From an uncultured delta proteobacterium (GTDB lineage Bacteria > Desulfobacterota > Desulfomonilia > UBA1062), in the NCBI GenBank assembly GCA_963798485.1, contig CAWCTR010000007.1:128001-192000 (forward strand): a stretch of DNA of 64,000 nucleotides. The letters are read 5' to 3'. Position numbers and translations under genes: made by a program. Below, one piece after another: positions 55,225-64,000 of the stretch. How positions within the stretch are numbered: position 1 is the first letter of the stretch; each line of letters starts with the position of its first letter. The notes beneath the pieces were generated by a model, which saw only the letters and a program-made list of their open reading frames with translations, did not search any database and was not told the DNA's origin.

Positions 55225-56679
55225 ATGACACAGGAAAACAATTCGGACGACACCACCAAGACCATGGCAGAGCTCCTTGATTCCTACGGCTCTGAACAAC
55301 GCGACACCATCCAGGTGGGAGACAGGATCAAGGGCAAGATCATTTCCATCGGAAGAGAGCATATTTTCGTGGACACCGGATACAAGATGGACGGTGTCAT
55401 CGAGCGCTCGGAGTTTGTTGATGAGGACGGAAACCTGCCTTATGAGGTCGGCGACACCATCGATGCCTTTGTCATGTCCCGAAAGGGCGGCGAGATCAAG
55501 CTGAGCAAGGCCATCTCCGGCATCGGCGGTCTGACCATCTTACAGGATGCCCATGAAAAGGCAGTGCCCATCGAAGGGAAGGTGTTGGAGCAGGTCAAGG
55601 GAGGGTACCGTGTTGAGGTGGTAAAACGCAAGGCCTTCTGTCCCTTCAGCCAGATGGACCTGTTCCGTGTCGAAGATAATTCCATCCATATAGGCAAGAC
55701 ATACCTCTTCCTCATCACCGAGCTGGAGGAAGACGGCGATAATATTATCCTTTCCAGAAAGATCTTGCTGGAGCAGGAGCAAACCAAGATAAAAGAGGCC
55801 TTCTTCGACCGTATGGAGGTAGGCGCCGTGCTTGAGGGAACCGTGAACAGGCTCATGCCCTATGGCGCGCTTGTGGAATTGGCTGAGGGCATTGAGGGCA
55901 TGGTTCACGTATCCGAGATGAGCTGGTCCAGGATACTCTCGCCCGAAGACATCCTGCACGCAGGCGAGAAGATCACGGTCAAGGTGCTCAGCATCGAGCA
56001 AGACCCGAAGTCCAGCCGCAAGAGGATATCGCTGTCCATGAAACAGGTGGGTGATGACCCCTGGGGCAGTGTGCTGAACCGCTTCAAGCCTGGGGAAAGG
56101 CTGCGGGCAAAGGTGACGCGAATCGCGGACTTTGGTGTGTTCGTGGAGATAGCACCGGGCATCGAGGGGCTCGTGCACATCAGCGAGATGAGCTACAAGA
56201 AACGCGTGAAAAAGCCCCAGGACATGGTCTCGGTGGGTGATGAAGTGGATGTGATGATCAAGGACATCTCGCCTGAATCCAAGCGGATCTCGCTTTCCAT
56301 GAAAGAGGCCGAGGGTGACCCGTGGATCGCCCTGGCCGAGCGTTTTAAGATCGGCCAGGTGGCGGAAGGGACCCTGGAGCGCAAAGAAAAGTACGGGTAC
56401 TTTGTCAACCTGGAGCCCGGCGTTACGGGCCTCATGCCCAAATCCAAGATCGCTGCCTCGTACGACGCCCAGGAGATCGAGAAGAAGCGGGAGGGTGAGA
56501 CGATCACGGTGTGCGTCGAGGAGATGGACATCACCAACCGCAAGATCACCCTCGCCCCTGGCGACGCGCATGCAGGAGGCGACTGGAAGGGCTTTGCATC
56601 TGAATCCGGCAAGTCATTCGGCTCGCTTGGGGATAAGCTGAAATCGGCCCTCGATACCAAGGATAAGAAGAGAACGTAG
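55225..56679 (+). CDS. rpsA: 30S ribosomal protein S1 family protein (possibly a secondary paralog)
   Basis: Repeated S1 domains (GMVHVSEMSW, GLVHISEMSY), about five copies. Confidence 0.85.
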   Translation: MTQENNSDDTTKTMAELLDSYGSEQRDTIQVGDRIKGKIISIGREHIFVDTGYKMDGVIERSEFVDEDGNLPYEVGDTIDAFVMSRKGGEIKLSKAISGIGGLTILQDAHEKAVPIEGKVLEQVKGGYRVEVVKRKAFCPFSQMDLFRVEDNSIHIGKTYLFLITELEEDGDNIILSRKILLEQEQTKIKEAFFDRMEVGAVLEGTVNRLMPYGALVELAEGIEGMVHVSEMSWSRILSPEDILHAGEKITVKVLSIEQDPKSSRKRISLSMKQVGDDPWGSVLNRFKPGERLRAKVTRIADFGVFVEIAPGIEGLVHISEMSYKKRVKKPQDMVSVGDEVDVMIKDISPESKRISLSMKEAEGDPWIALAERFKIGQVAEGTLERKEKYGYFVNLEPGVTGLMPKSKIAASYDAQEIEKKREGETITVCVEEMDITNRKITLAPGDAHAGGDWKGFASESGKSFGSLGDKLKSALDTKDKKRT

Positions 56680-56896
56680 GGATAGAGCCGCCGGCTGGCG
56701 GTTATAAGCTGAAGGGGCATACCTAAGAAAAAAGTTACATCGATCGGGACGAAAATTTCTATTCATGAGTCATTCCTCGGAGTCTTCGAATCCAGAGATA
56801 GTATCCAAATTTTGTTCAGGCATACCGAATAATCTTGATTGTTATTATGACTTGTATAATAGTAAGTTCATCAGTCAACTTACTATTGGAATAGCT

Positions 56897-57640
56897 ATGG
56901 AGGCAAAAGGAAGATTCATCTCGCCGATCCGGAAGTCGCCGGCTATCCCTACGCTGGTGGCTGATCAGATTATCGACCTTATCAGCCGGGGCAAGCTCAA
57001 GCCGGGCGACAAGCTCCCCTCCGAGCACGAAATGACCGAGCGCTTCCGCATCAGCAGGATCTCGCTGCGGGAGGCCATGAAGCTTCTCGAAGCCAAAGGA
57101 TACGTCGAGTCCCGGCACCGGAAAGGCAAGTATGTCAGGTCCTCTGCAGATGCGGGAAGGTCATCGCTCGAGGACCTCCTGCTTGTGGACCAGGAGAAGA
57201 TCTGGGAACTGCTGTGCGTCCGCAGGATACTGGATTCCGAGGCAGCCCGCCTTGCCTGCCTGAACGCCTCACCGAAAGACCTCGCACAGCTCAAAAAAAT
57301 ATACGAGCGCGCGTTAGAAGTAGGAGAGGACGAGGTCCTCCACAATGTGGTCCTGGGGGGCAAGCTCTATATCGATTTTTTCAACGCCCTTTTGGAATCG
57401 ACAAAGAATTCAATCTTTTTGCATATCCGCAAGTCAATGAACTCGCTGCTCATCGGCGCGTTGCCCTACACCAGGAAAAAGCTTTCAACCATCGAGGGAA
57501 GCTCGCGCACCATTGTCAGACAGCTCTATGCACTCTGCCAGGCCATTGAACGGCGTGATGCAGAGGCGGCGCGCCAGGCTACCGAGGAACATATAGATTA
57601 TCTGAAACGATCGTTGAAAAAGGCATTATCGGTCTCCTGA
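56897..57640 (+). CDS. GntR/FadR family transcriptional regulator
   Basis: PGDKLPSEHEM...ISRISLREA HTH, RRILDSEAA FCD domain. Confidence 0.92.
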   Translation: MEAKGRFISPIRKSPAIPTLVADQIIDLISRGKLKPGDKLPSEHEMTERFRISRISLREAMKLLEAKGYVESRHRKGKYVRSSADAGRSSLEDLLLVDQEKIWELLCVRRILDSEAARLACLNASPKDLAQLKKIYERALEVGEDEVLHNVVLGGKLYIDFFNALLESTKNSIFLHIRKSMNSLLIGALPYTRKKLSTIEGSSRTIVRQLYALCQAIERRDAEAARQATEEHIDYLKRSLKKALSVS

Positions 57641-58160
57641 ATCAACCCTCCTGTTTAATATTGTCTTGGCGCCCACGGTATCGATGTACCTGAAGGGGCC
57701 GCCCGTGAACGGCGGAAATCCCAGGCCGAACACGGCGCCGATATCGCCGTCCCGTGCGCAGGAGAGGATCCCCTCCTGGAGGCAAAGCGCGGCCTCGTTG
57801 AGCATGGGGATGAGGATGCGGGTGGTATAAAACCCCGGGCAGTCCTTCACCACGATACAGGTCTTTCCCTGAGCGATACCGAACTCCAGGGCCGTTGCCT
57901 TGACCCAGTCCGCAGTCTTGTCCGTTGTGATGATCTCAAGGAGCGGCATCTTGGGCACGGGTGAGAAGTAGTGCATGCCGATTGGACATCGCGTTCGAAG
58001 CGGGTGATGGACCCGGACTTAGCCCTCTTGTCGAGCCCTTTATATACCTCCTTCATGCCCTTTGCCGCCGCGGCAAGGGAGATGTCTTTTATCAGGAGGG
58101 TTTCACAAAGACCTGTGGAGACGGATGCAATACCATGCCCCATGAGCCCCGCCCCAAGGT
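57626..58160 (-). pseudogene. Fragments of fatty-acid oxidation complex subunit alpha (FadJ/FadB-like)
   Basis: LGAGLMGHGIA...RFERD in one frame, then IGMHYFSPVPKMPLLE...PGFYTTRIL...NEAA joined to CLQEGIL...DGDIGAVFGLGFPPFTGGPF. The hydratase domain and large internal parts are missing. Confidence 0.85.
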
Positions 58161-58592
58161 TACATCCAAGATAAACCTCCGGTACCGCTTGGAGACCTTG
58201 ATGTCGGCATCCGAACAGCTCTCCACGCCGCCTGCTATCACAATATCCGCATTCCCGGTTTCGATGAGATTGGCCCCGTTGGTAAAGGCCATATTGGCGG
58301 ATACGCATGCAAGGGTGCAGGTATGCGCAGGCACATTGATGGGCAGGCCTGCGCCGAGCGCCACCTCGTGCGCAACGTTCGTCATGGCGATGTCCTTGGC
58401 CACACACCCCATCAGGACATGATCGATATCGTGGGGCGAAACACCGGTCTTGGCCAGGAGACCCTTCACGGCAAAACTGCCGAGCTGCCAGGCCATGAGG
58501 TCATAATAACCGGTGCCGGACCTTTGGAACGGGACACGGCAGCCATCGATGACCACGACCCTGCGCACCGACTTATCTACCTTTTTTGCCAT
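58161..58592 (-). pseudogene. Truncated 3-ketoacyl-CoA thiolase (FadI-like)
   Basis: IDGCRVPF, TLACVSAN, IAGGVES present, but the frame loses thiolase similarity after about 143 aa. Confidence 0.85.
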
Positions 58593-58638
58593 ACTCCCTC
58601 CACGATCTCATATTCTTGTTGTTCATCCACTCCTCTGG

Positions 58639-59790
58639 CTACAGCCCGAGCTGCCTTGAAATGATGAGCAGCATGATCTCGGACGTGCCTGCATAGATGG
58701 TCTGGACCCGTGCGTCGCGGAACATGCGGGCGATGGGGTATTCCTCCATGTACCCATAGCCGCCGTGGAACTGGAGGCATTGTGTGACCACCCTGTTGAG
58801 CATCTCGCAGACCCAGTACTTGGCCATGGATGCCTTCTTGACATCTTTTCTGCCTTCTATGTGATCGATGAGCAGGCTCTCCACAAAGGTGCGACCCACC
58901 TCCACCTCGGTCGCCATCTTGGCGAGCTCGAAGGAGATGTACTGGAAGCGGCTGATGGGCCTGCCGAAGGCCTCACGCGTCTTGGTAAACTCGATGGTGA
59001 GGCGCAGCGCCTCTTCCGCCCCCACCTGTGAGCCCATGGCGCACACGAGCCGTTCCTGCTGGAGCTTGTCCATGAGGCAGTAGAACCCCTGGCCCTCGTT
59101 TCCCAGCAGGTTCGAGGCAGGGACGCGGCAGTCCACAAAGGCCATTTCAAGGGTGTCCTGGGAATGCAGCCCGAGCTTGTCGAGCTTCCTGCCCTTTTCG
59201 AAACCCGGCGTGCCGTCCTCCACCACGATGAGCGACATGCCCTCGTACGGGCTGGCGGCATTCAGGTTGGTCCGGGCGGCCACGATGACCAGGTCGCAGT
59301 TGATGCCGTTTGATATAAAGGTCTTCTGGCCGTTGATAACGTATGAATCGCCATCCTTGATCGCCGTGGTGCGGATGGCCGCCAGGTCGGAGCCCGTGCC
59401 CGGTTCGGTCATGGCGATGGCCGTGATGATATCGCCCGTGACGCAGCCAGGCAGCCATTTTTTCTTCTGTTCATCAGTACCGTAGGTGAAGATGTAGGGT
59501 ACGACGATGTCCGAATGGAGCGGGAAGAAAAAGCCCCCGCAGCGGGTCCGTGCGAGCTCCTCGGTCAGGATAAAGGAATAGAGGAAGTCGACCCCGGAGC
59601 CGCCGTATTCCTCGGGCAGCCATGGGCAGAGGAAGCCCTGTTCTGCAAATTTCTTCCAGGCCTCCTTGGGGACGATCCCATCTATCTCCCATTGGTCCGC
59701 TTTCGGGGTGACCTCTTTTTCGAAATATCGCCTCACCGATTCCCGGAATATTTGATGTTCCTCGGTATAGTACTTGTCCAGCAATGACAT
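58639..59790 (-). CDS. Acyl-CoA dehydrogenase
   Basis: AIAMTEPGTGSD, NGQKTFISNG, QFHGGYGY, RDARVQTIYAGT. Confidence 0.95.
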   Translation of the reverse strand: MSLLDKYYTEEHQIFRESVRRYFEKEVTPKADQWEIDGIVPKEAWKKFAEQGFLCPWLPEEYGGSGVDFLYSFILTEELARTRCGGFFFPLHSDIVVPYIFTYGTDEQKKKWLPGCVTGDIITAIAMTEPGTGSDLAAIRTTAIKDGDSYVINGQKTFISNGINCDLVIVAARTNLNAASPYEGMSLIVVEDGTPGFEKGRKLDKLGLHSQDTLEMAFVDCRVPASNLLGNEGQGFYCLMDKLQQERLVCAMGSQVGAEEALRLTIEFTKTREAFGRPISRFQYISFELAKMATEVEVGRTFVESLLIDHIEGRKDVKKASMAKYWVCEMLNRVVTQCLQFHGGYGYMEEYPIARMFRDARVQTIYAGTSEIMLLIISRQLGL

Positions 59791-59823
59791 GGCATCCTCC
59801 TTTAAGATCCTTTCCCCATCATT

Positions 59824-61452
59824 TCAGAACTGCAATGACTTCAGCTTGCCGTCCGCATAGAGCCGCCTGAGCTCACGCTTGTTGAATTTGCCTACACTTG
59901 TCTTGGGGAGCTCGGCCATGAAGATGAACTCATCCGGGATCCACCAGGCGGCCTTGACCTTGTCCTTGAGGAAATCCTTCAGTTCGTCGGCGGTAACGCT
60001 CTGGCCGGGTGCCATGGCGATACAGGCCAGAGGGCGCTCCTGCCATTTGGGGTGCGGTACGCCGATGATGGCGGCCTCCATGACCTTGGGATGGGCCATG
60101 ATAAGGTTCTCGAGGTCCACCGAGGAGATCCACTCACCCGCGCTCTTGACCAGGTCCTTCTTCCGGTCAACGAGCCTTACATAGCCCTCCTCGTCAATGA
60201 CACCGACGTCGCCGGTGTGGAACCAGCCGTCACCGAAGGTCTCCTTGGACCGCTCCGGGTCCTTGTAGTATTCGTTCGCGATCCACGGTCCGCGGAGCCA
60301 GATCTCGCCCCACTCCTTGCCGTCCATCTTCACCTCGGCTCCTAAGTCGTTCACGATCTTCATCTCGAGTCCGATCGCAATGAGCCCCACGCTCGTCTTG
60401 AGGTCGTAGAGCTTGTCCGCCGGCCAGTCCTTCATATAGCTCTTGGGTATGGCTGCTGTGGCGAGCGGCGTAGTCTCGGTCGAGCCGTAGGCCTGCTTGA
60501 TGGGGAAGTTGTACTTCTCGGTCAGGTCTATCATGAGCTGCCTGGGTATGGCGGCGCCGCCGCTGGCAATGGTCCTGAGCGACGAGAAGTCGTGCCATCC
60601 GCCTTTTTCCAAATAGTCGTAGAGGAGCATCCAGATGGTGGGCACACCCGCGGTGAAGGTGACCTTCTCTTGGGCAATGGTGTGGCAGAGCTTCTCCATG
60701 TTGATCACCTCCCTGCCGGGAAGGACCTGCTTGCACCCTGCGCCAACCGCGGCAAAGGGCGCACACCAGGCATTGGCGTGGAACATGGGCACGATGTGCA
60801 GGATGCAGTCCGCCTCGCTTGCACCGAAGGTGATGGCCACGGCATAGGTGTGGAGTATGATGGCCCGGTGGGAGTACACCACGCCCTTGGGGTCGCCCGT
60901 GGTCGCCGAGGTGTAGCAGATCATGGCCGGGTCCCACTCGGAGAGGTCAACAGGGAAGTCGTACTCTTCCGGGAACTGGGCGATGAGCTCGTCATACATG
61001 ATGAGGTTCTCTATGGAAGATGCCGGCTTCTTGCCCGTGTGCGAGAGCACCACGATGTGCCTGACGTTCTTGAGCTGGTCTTTTACCATCTCCACGAACA
61101 TGAGCAGGTCTTCGTCCACGAAGATAACCTGGTCTTCCGCATGGTTGATGATGTAGACGAGGTGGTTCTGCGGGAGCCTGAAGTTCACGGTGTGCAATAC
61201 CGCCCCGGTGCACGGCACGCCGAAGTAGAGCTCCAGGTGCCGGTGATCGTTGAGCGCCATGCTCGCAACCTTATCCCCTCGCTTGATGCCCAGCGACTTC
61301 AGGGCATGGGCGAGCTGGCACACCCTTTTGTAGTAGTCCCCATAGGTGTACCGGTGCACGCCTTCGGGGAATACGGAGACGACCTCTTTCTTTGGGAAAT
61401 ACCTGGCAGTCCTCATCAGAAACGTCCTGAGCAGAAGGGGTGTGTCCATCAT
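59824..61452 (-). CDS. Long/medium-chain fatty acid--CoA ligase (AlkK-like)
   Basis: YTSATTGDPKGVVYSH, PMFHANAW, YGSTET, WFHTGD, DRKKDLVKS, PKTSVGK. Confidence 0.94.
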   Translation of the reverse strand: MMDTPLLLRTFLMRTARYFPKKEVVSVFPEGVHRYTYGDYYKRVCQLAHALKSLGIKRGDKVASMALNDHRHLELYFGVPCTGAVLHTVNFRLPQNHLVYIINHAEDQVIFVDEDLLMFVEMVKDQLKNVRHIVVLSHTGKKPASSIENLIMYDELIAQFPEEYDFPVDLSEWDPAMICYTSATTGDPKGVVYSHRAIILHTYAVAITFGASEADCILHIVPMFHANAWCAPFAAVGAGCKQVLPGREVINMEKLCHTIAQEKVTFTAGVPTIWMLLYDYLEKGGWHDFSSLRTIASGGAAIPRQLMIDLTEKYNFPIKQAYGSTETTPLATAAIPKSYMKDWPADKLYDLKTSVGLIAIGLEMKIVNDLGAEVKMDGKEWGEIWLRGPWIANEYYKDPERSKETFGDGWFHTGDVGVIDEEGYVRLVDRKKDLVKSAGEWISSVDLENLIMAHPKVMEAAIIGVPHPKWQERPLACIAMAPGQSVTADELKDFLKDKVKAAWWIPDEFIFMAELPKTSVGKFNKRELRRLYADGKLKSLQF

Positions 61453-61479
61453 GGCTAAAGCCTCCAATGCATTTTGTAT

Positions 61480-61494
61480 TATTGTATTACAATA
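61480..61494. promoter_or_regulatory. Palindromic operator candidate (GntR/FadR type) upstream of the beta-oxidation operon
   Basis: TATTGTA-T-TACAATA perfect inverted repeat about 30 bp upstream of the ligase start. Confidence 0.55.
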
Positions 61495-61595
61495 CTAATA
61501 TATGCAGAATTTTTCGTGACAAATCAAGCATGTTTTTCGGAGGAAGGTACCCGGGTAATTTCAAAGGGTCCCCCTTTTTAGAGACTATGCAGCAA

Positions 61596-61689
61596 TGTCA
61601 TTACGAGGGAGTGAAACGACCGCGGCAATCTCGTAACTTACTGATGTTGTATGAGATCGCCACGTCGCCTTTGGCTCCTCGCGATGACA
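61596..61689. repeat. Long palindromic REP-like element
   Basis: TGTCATTACGAG...GCAATCTC...GAGATCGC...CTCGCGATGACA, resembling a widespread palindromic repeat family. Confidence 0.75.
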
Positions 61690-61883
61690 GACGCGAGTTA
61701 TGACACCGTCTCTTGGCAAGAGAGGTTGTGTAGTACTACACGGCTTATCACCCCGCGGCCCCACATCGGTGAGCACCCGCTGTATCCATGGAAGAAACTT
61801 TTATTGTTATTTCGAGCGTAGCACAGCAGGCGTGGCTCACTGTTATCCATGGAGGTAACTTGGCATAGACGTTGTTTCTTCAA

Positions 61884-61977
61884 GTCCCCCTCCTTTTTAA
61901 GGAAGGGGACAGGGGAGATTTTCTTCCACTATGCATAATGCGTGCTCAAATCCCTTCTATCCTCCCTTTACAAAAGG
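61884..61977. repeat. REP-like CCCCT/AGGGG hairpin pair
   Basis: GTCCCCCTCCT...AGGAAGGGGAC, then GGGGAGATTT...AAATCCC and a degenerate CCTTT/AAAGG arm. Confidence 0.55.
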
Positions 61978-62399
61978 CAGCGACTTGGCGGCACGATCCA
62001 GCCGCAACCCCTTTTCTTTGACAACTCCACTCTCTTACTGGTAAAATACAGCCTTATCCTGTGCAGTACAGCATGAAATGGAATGACAACAGCCTGCCGC
62101 TTTTGAAGGAGAGCCCTATACAACTCCACGAATCCACCCTCCATACACGGAGTTTGGGTGATATCAGCCCATTCGGGCCAACGGTTTCTTTACGCGGTCT
62201 CGGGTCTCTTCAAGGCACAATCAGTATAGGATGAAATATGTAAGGCGAGTAAATGGCAAGATCATGGTCAAAGCGCATGGTCGAAGCAAAATAGTTTTTC
62301 CACATTTTGTGTCTATTAGTCCCTTATACCGAATTCTGTCATATTAAATATCAAAGAATTCGGTATAGTAATTGTTCGCCTCACAAGAAAGGATCAATT

Positions 62400-63047
62400 A
62401 TGGAACCTCTAATTGTTTTCGCCGTCTTCGCGGCCCCCTTCGTTTTTCTTTTGCTTGTAAGTATGCCTTTGAGGTCATCTTTGAGATTACGCTTCAAGAA
62501 AAAGGATGGAATTCAAATCCCACCGACCTGTGTCATGACGGGCGAGCCGGCAACGGAATTCCACGCGCTTAGAGGATTCACAGGTAGCCCATGGCACATC
62601 GGAAAGATCGAAATTGGCCTGCCGTTCTCACAACATGGATGGAAGAAGTTTTCTGACGCATATCCATCATCACTCACCTTTTTTAAGGGCGGAATCAACG
62701 TTCTTGTAAAAGTTCCACTGTTTGGGCCATATTTCGCTATCTTCTTCTGGGTCCCATTTGCTGGGTTTCTTGCAGGCCTTTTCGCATTCGTTGAACTCCT
62801 ATCAGGGAAGAAGCAATTGATTGTCCCAATTCGGTTGACGATCAAAAAAGAGCGTATCATAGGAATTCATCTTTACGGTGTCAGTCAGGCGTTCTTGACG
62901 AGTTTTCTCGAAGTCAATGGTGGTACATCTGCCTTCGCAGAACATGAGAAATCCTTGAAACGTTATTCAGTGCTTCGCACGACCATCATTGTCGCAGTTA
63001 TCCTTTATGTGCTTGGCCTTGTCGTATTTCTATTACATGAAATTTGA
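62400..63047 (+). CDS. Hypothetical membrane protein carried on an integron gene cassette
   Basis: 215 aa with several TM segments; AAGGA RBS; followed by an attC site. Confidence 0.75.
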   Translation: MEPLIVFAVFAAPFVFLLLVSMPLRSSLRLRFKKKDGIQIPPTCVMTGEPATEFHALRGFTGSPWHIGKIEIGLPFSQHGWKKFSDAYPSSLTFFKGGINVLVKVPLFGPYFAIFFWVPFAGFLAGLFAFVELLSGKKQLIVPIRLTIKKERIIGIHLYGVSQAFLTSFLEVNGGTSAFAEHEKSLKRYSVLRTTIIVAVILYVLGLVVFLLHEI

Positions 63048-63070
63048 AGGACAAGATTGGAGAAGATCGA

Positions 63071-63127
63071 GACGAACAAGACACTTCAGCGGATGGCTTA
63101 AAGCCACCGCTGACCTCATCGTTAGCT
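63071..63127 (+). mobile_element. Integron attC site (57 bp)
   Basis: R'' GACGAAC, L'' region ACTTCAGCGG, central TGGC-TTAAA-GCCA hairpin, L' region CCGCTGACCT, R' GTTAGCT. Confidence 0.8.
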
Positions 63128-63267
63128 CTTGAATTAAAAATTGGTAAAAATTGGGGTCGGACCAAGCTAGCTATTTGATATCATGTTATTTATCAACAAT
63201 AAGCAGCCCAAATAAGCCTTAAACCCTCCATTTTGACCATGAAATTGTATCTCTAAGCAAGGAAGGC

Positions 63268-63696
63268 ATGCCGAGAGCGAATGGACATTACCTACCAGGT
63301 TATGTGTGGCACATCACACACCGCTGCCATAAGAAAGAATTCCTCTTAAAATTCTCCCATGTCAGGAAAAATTATCTTCAGTGGCTATTCGAGGCGAAGA
63401 AACGATATGGTCTTTCGATATTGAACTACATCATCACGTCGAATCACATTGGCTATTCGAGGCGAAGAAACGATATGGTCTTTCGATATTGAACTACATC
63501 ATCACGTCGAATCACATTCATCTCTTGGTTATTGATACCGGCAAAGACGTTATCCCTAAGAGCCTGCAACTAACCGCGGGAAGAACCGGGCAGGAATACA
63601 ATCAGAGGAAGAAACGTAAGGGGGCTTTCTGGGAAGACCGCTACCATGCCACAATTGTACAGACAAACGAGCACCTGTTGAGATGTATGACGTATA
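63268..63696 (+). pseudogene. REP-associated tyrosine transposase (RAYT/Y1), frameshifted and interrupted
   Basis: MPRANGHYLPGYVWHITHRC, HUH motif NHIHLL, GAFWEDRY. A 68-bp tandem duplication (63382-63517) shifts the frame, and the gene is cut at the catalytic Tyr region by an IS. Confidence 0.85.
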
Positions 63697-64000
63697 GAAA
63701 CCTTTGCACAACCCGCAGGTGCTTAAACGCAGATCCGGAGCTGATATCTCGTGATAGTAGCAATTAACCAATTGATAATATTGATGATATATGGTAGTCT
63801 TTCCCTAGCAATTAACGAGCAGGGGGAGACGCCATGGGTTTTAAGGAATACGAGAAGAACATGAGCTTCCTGGATATGGAACTGAGCAAGACCTTGGGGA
63901 CATCGAGGACACAGAGGGTTTTGAAGGAGATCCATGATCATATCAGATGGGAATCCATGGAGAGGATACTGCTCGAAGACTACCCTGTGGGGAAGTCTCC
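63697..64000 (+). mobile_element. IS5-family insertion sequence, left end and transposase N-terminus (ATG 63834, runs off the window)
   Basis: Terminal GAAACCTTTGCACAA resembles IS5-group IRs (GAGACCTTTGCAAAA); ORF MGFKEYEKNMSFLDMEL...LKEIHDHIRWESMERILLEDYPVGK. Confidence 0.75.

Noticed and set aside
62030-62320. Integron integrase remnant or LexA box upstream of the cassette
   Set aside because: The frames I translated show no IntI-like sequence, and the CTG...CAG motifs lack the CTGT-N8-ACAG spacing.

Overview
A largely housekeeping window from a bacterium whose gene content suggests a Deltaproteobacteria/Desulfobacterota-like lineage (inferred, not verified). It holds a probable origin-proximal block (parS-parAB-dnaN-gyrB-gyrA, with no dnaA or recF), the rimP-nusA-infB-rbfA-truB-rpsO-pnp cluster, rmlBD, lepB, pyrRBC, two tRNAs, a type IV pilin, queECF, trxBA, degP and a decayed fatty-acid beta-oxidation operon. 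The right end is an accessory region with REP-like hairpins, an integrase-less integron cassette, a broken RAYT and an IS5-like element. Two observations stand out. (1) A 588-aa ORF (28768-30534) carries the class I GAPDH signature motifs, including the catalytic Cys and His, in rearranged A-C-B order. (2) A roughly 460-nt leader (43028-43530, minus strand) has three back-to-back c-di-GMP-I (GEMM) aptamers, a boxA-like site and a sigma28-like promoter, in front of a small secreted DUF6160-like protein and downstream of a STAND-type class III nucleotidyl cyclase. All calls come from motif recognition by eye; no searches were run.
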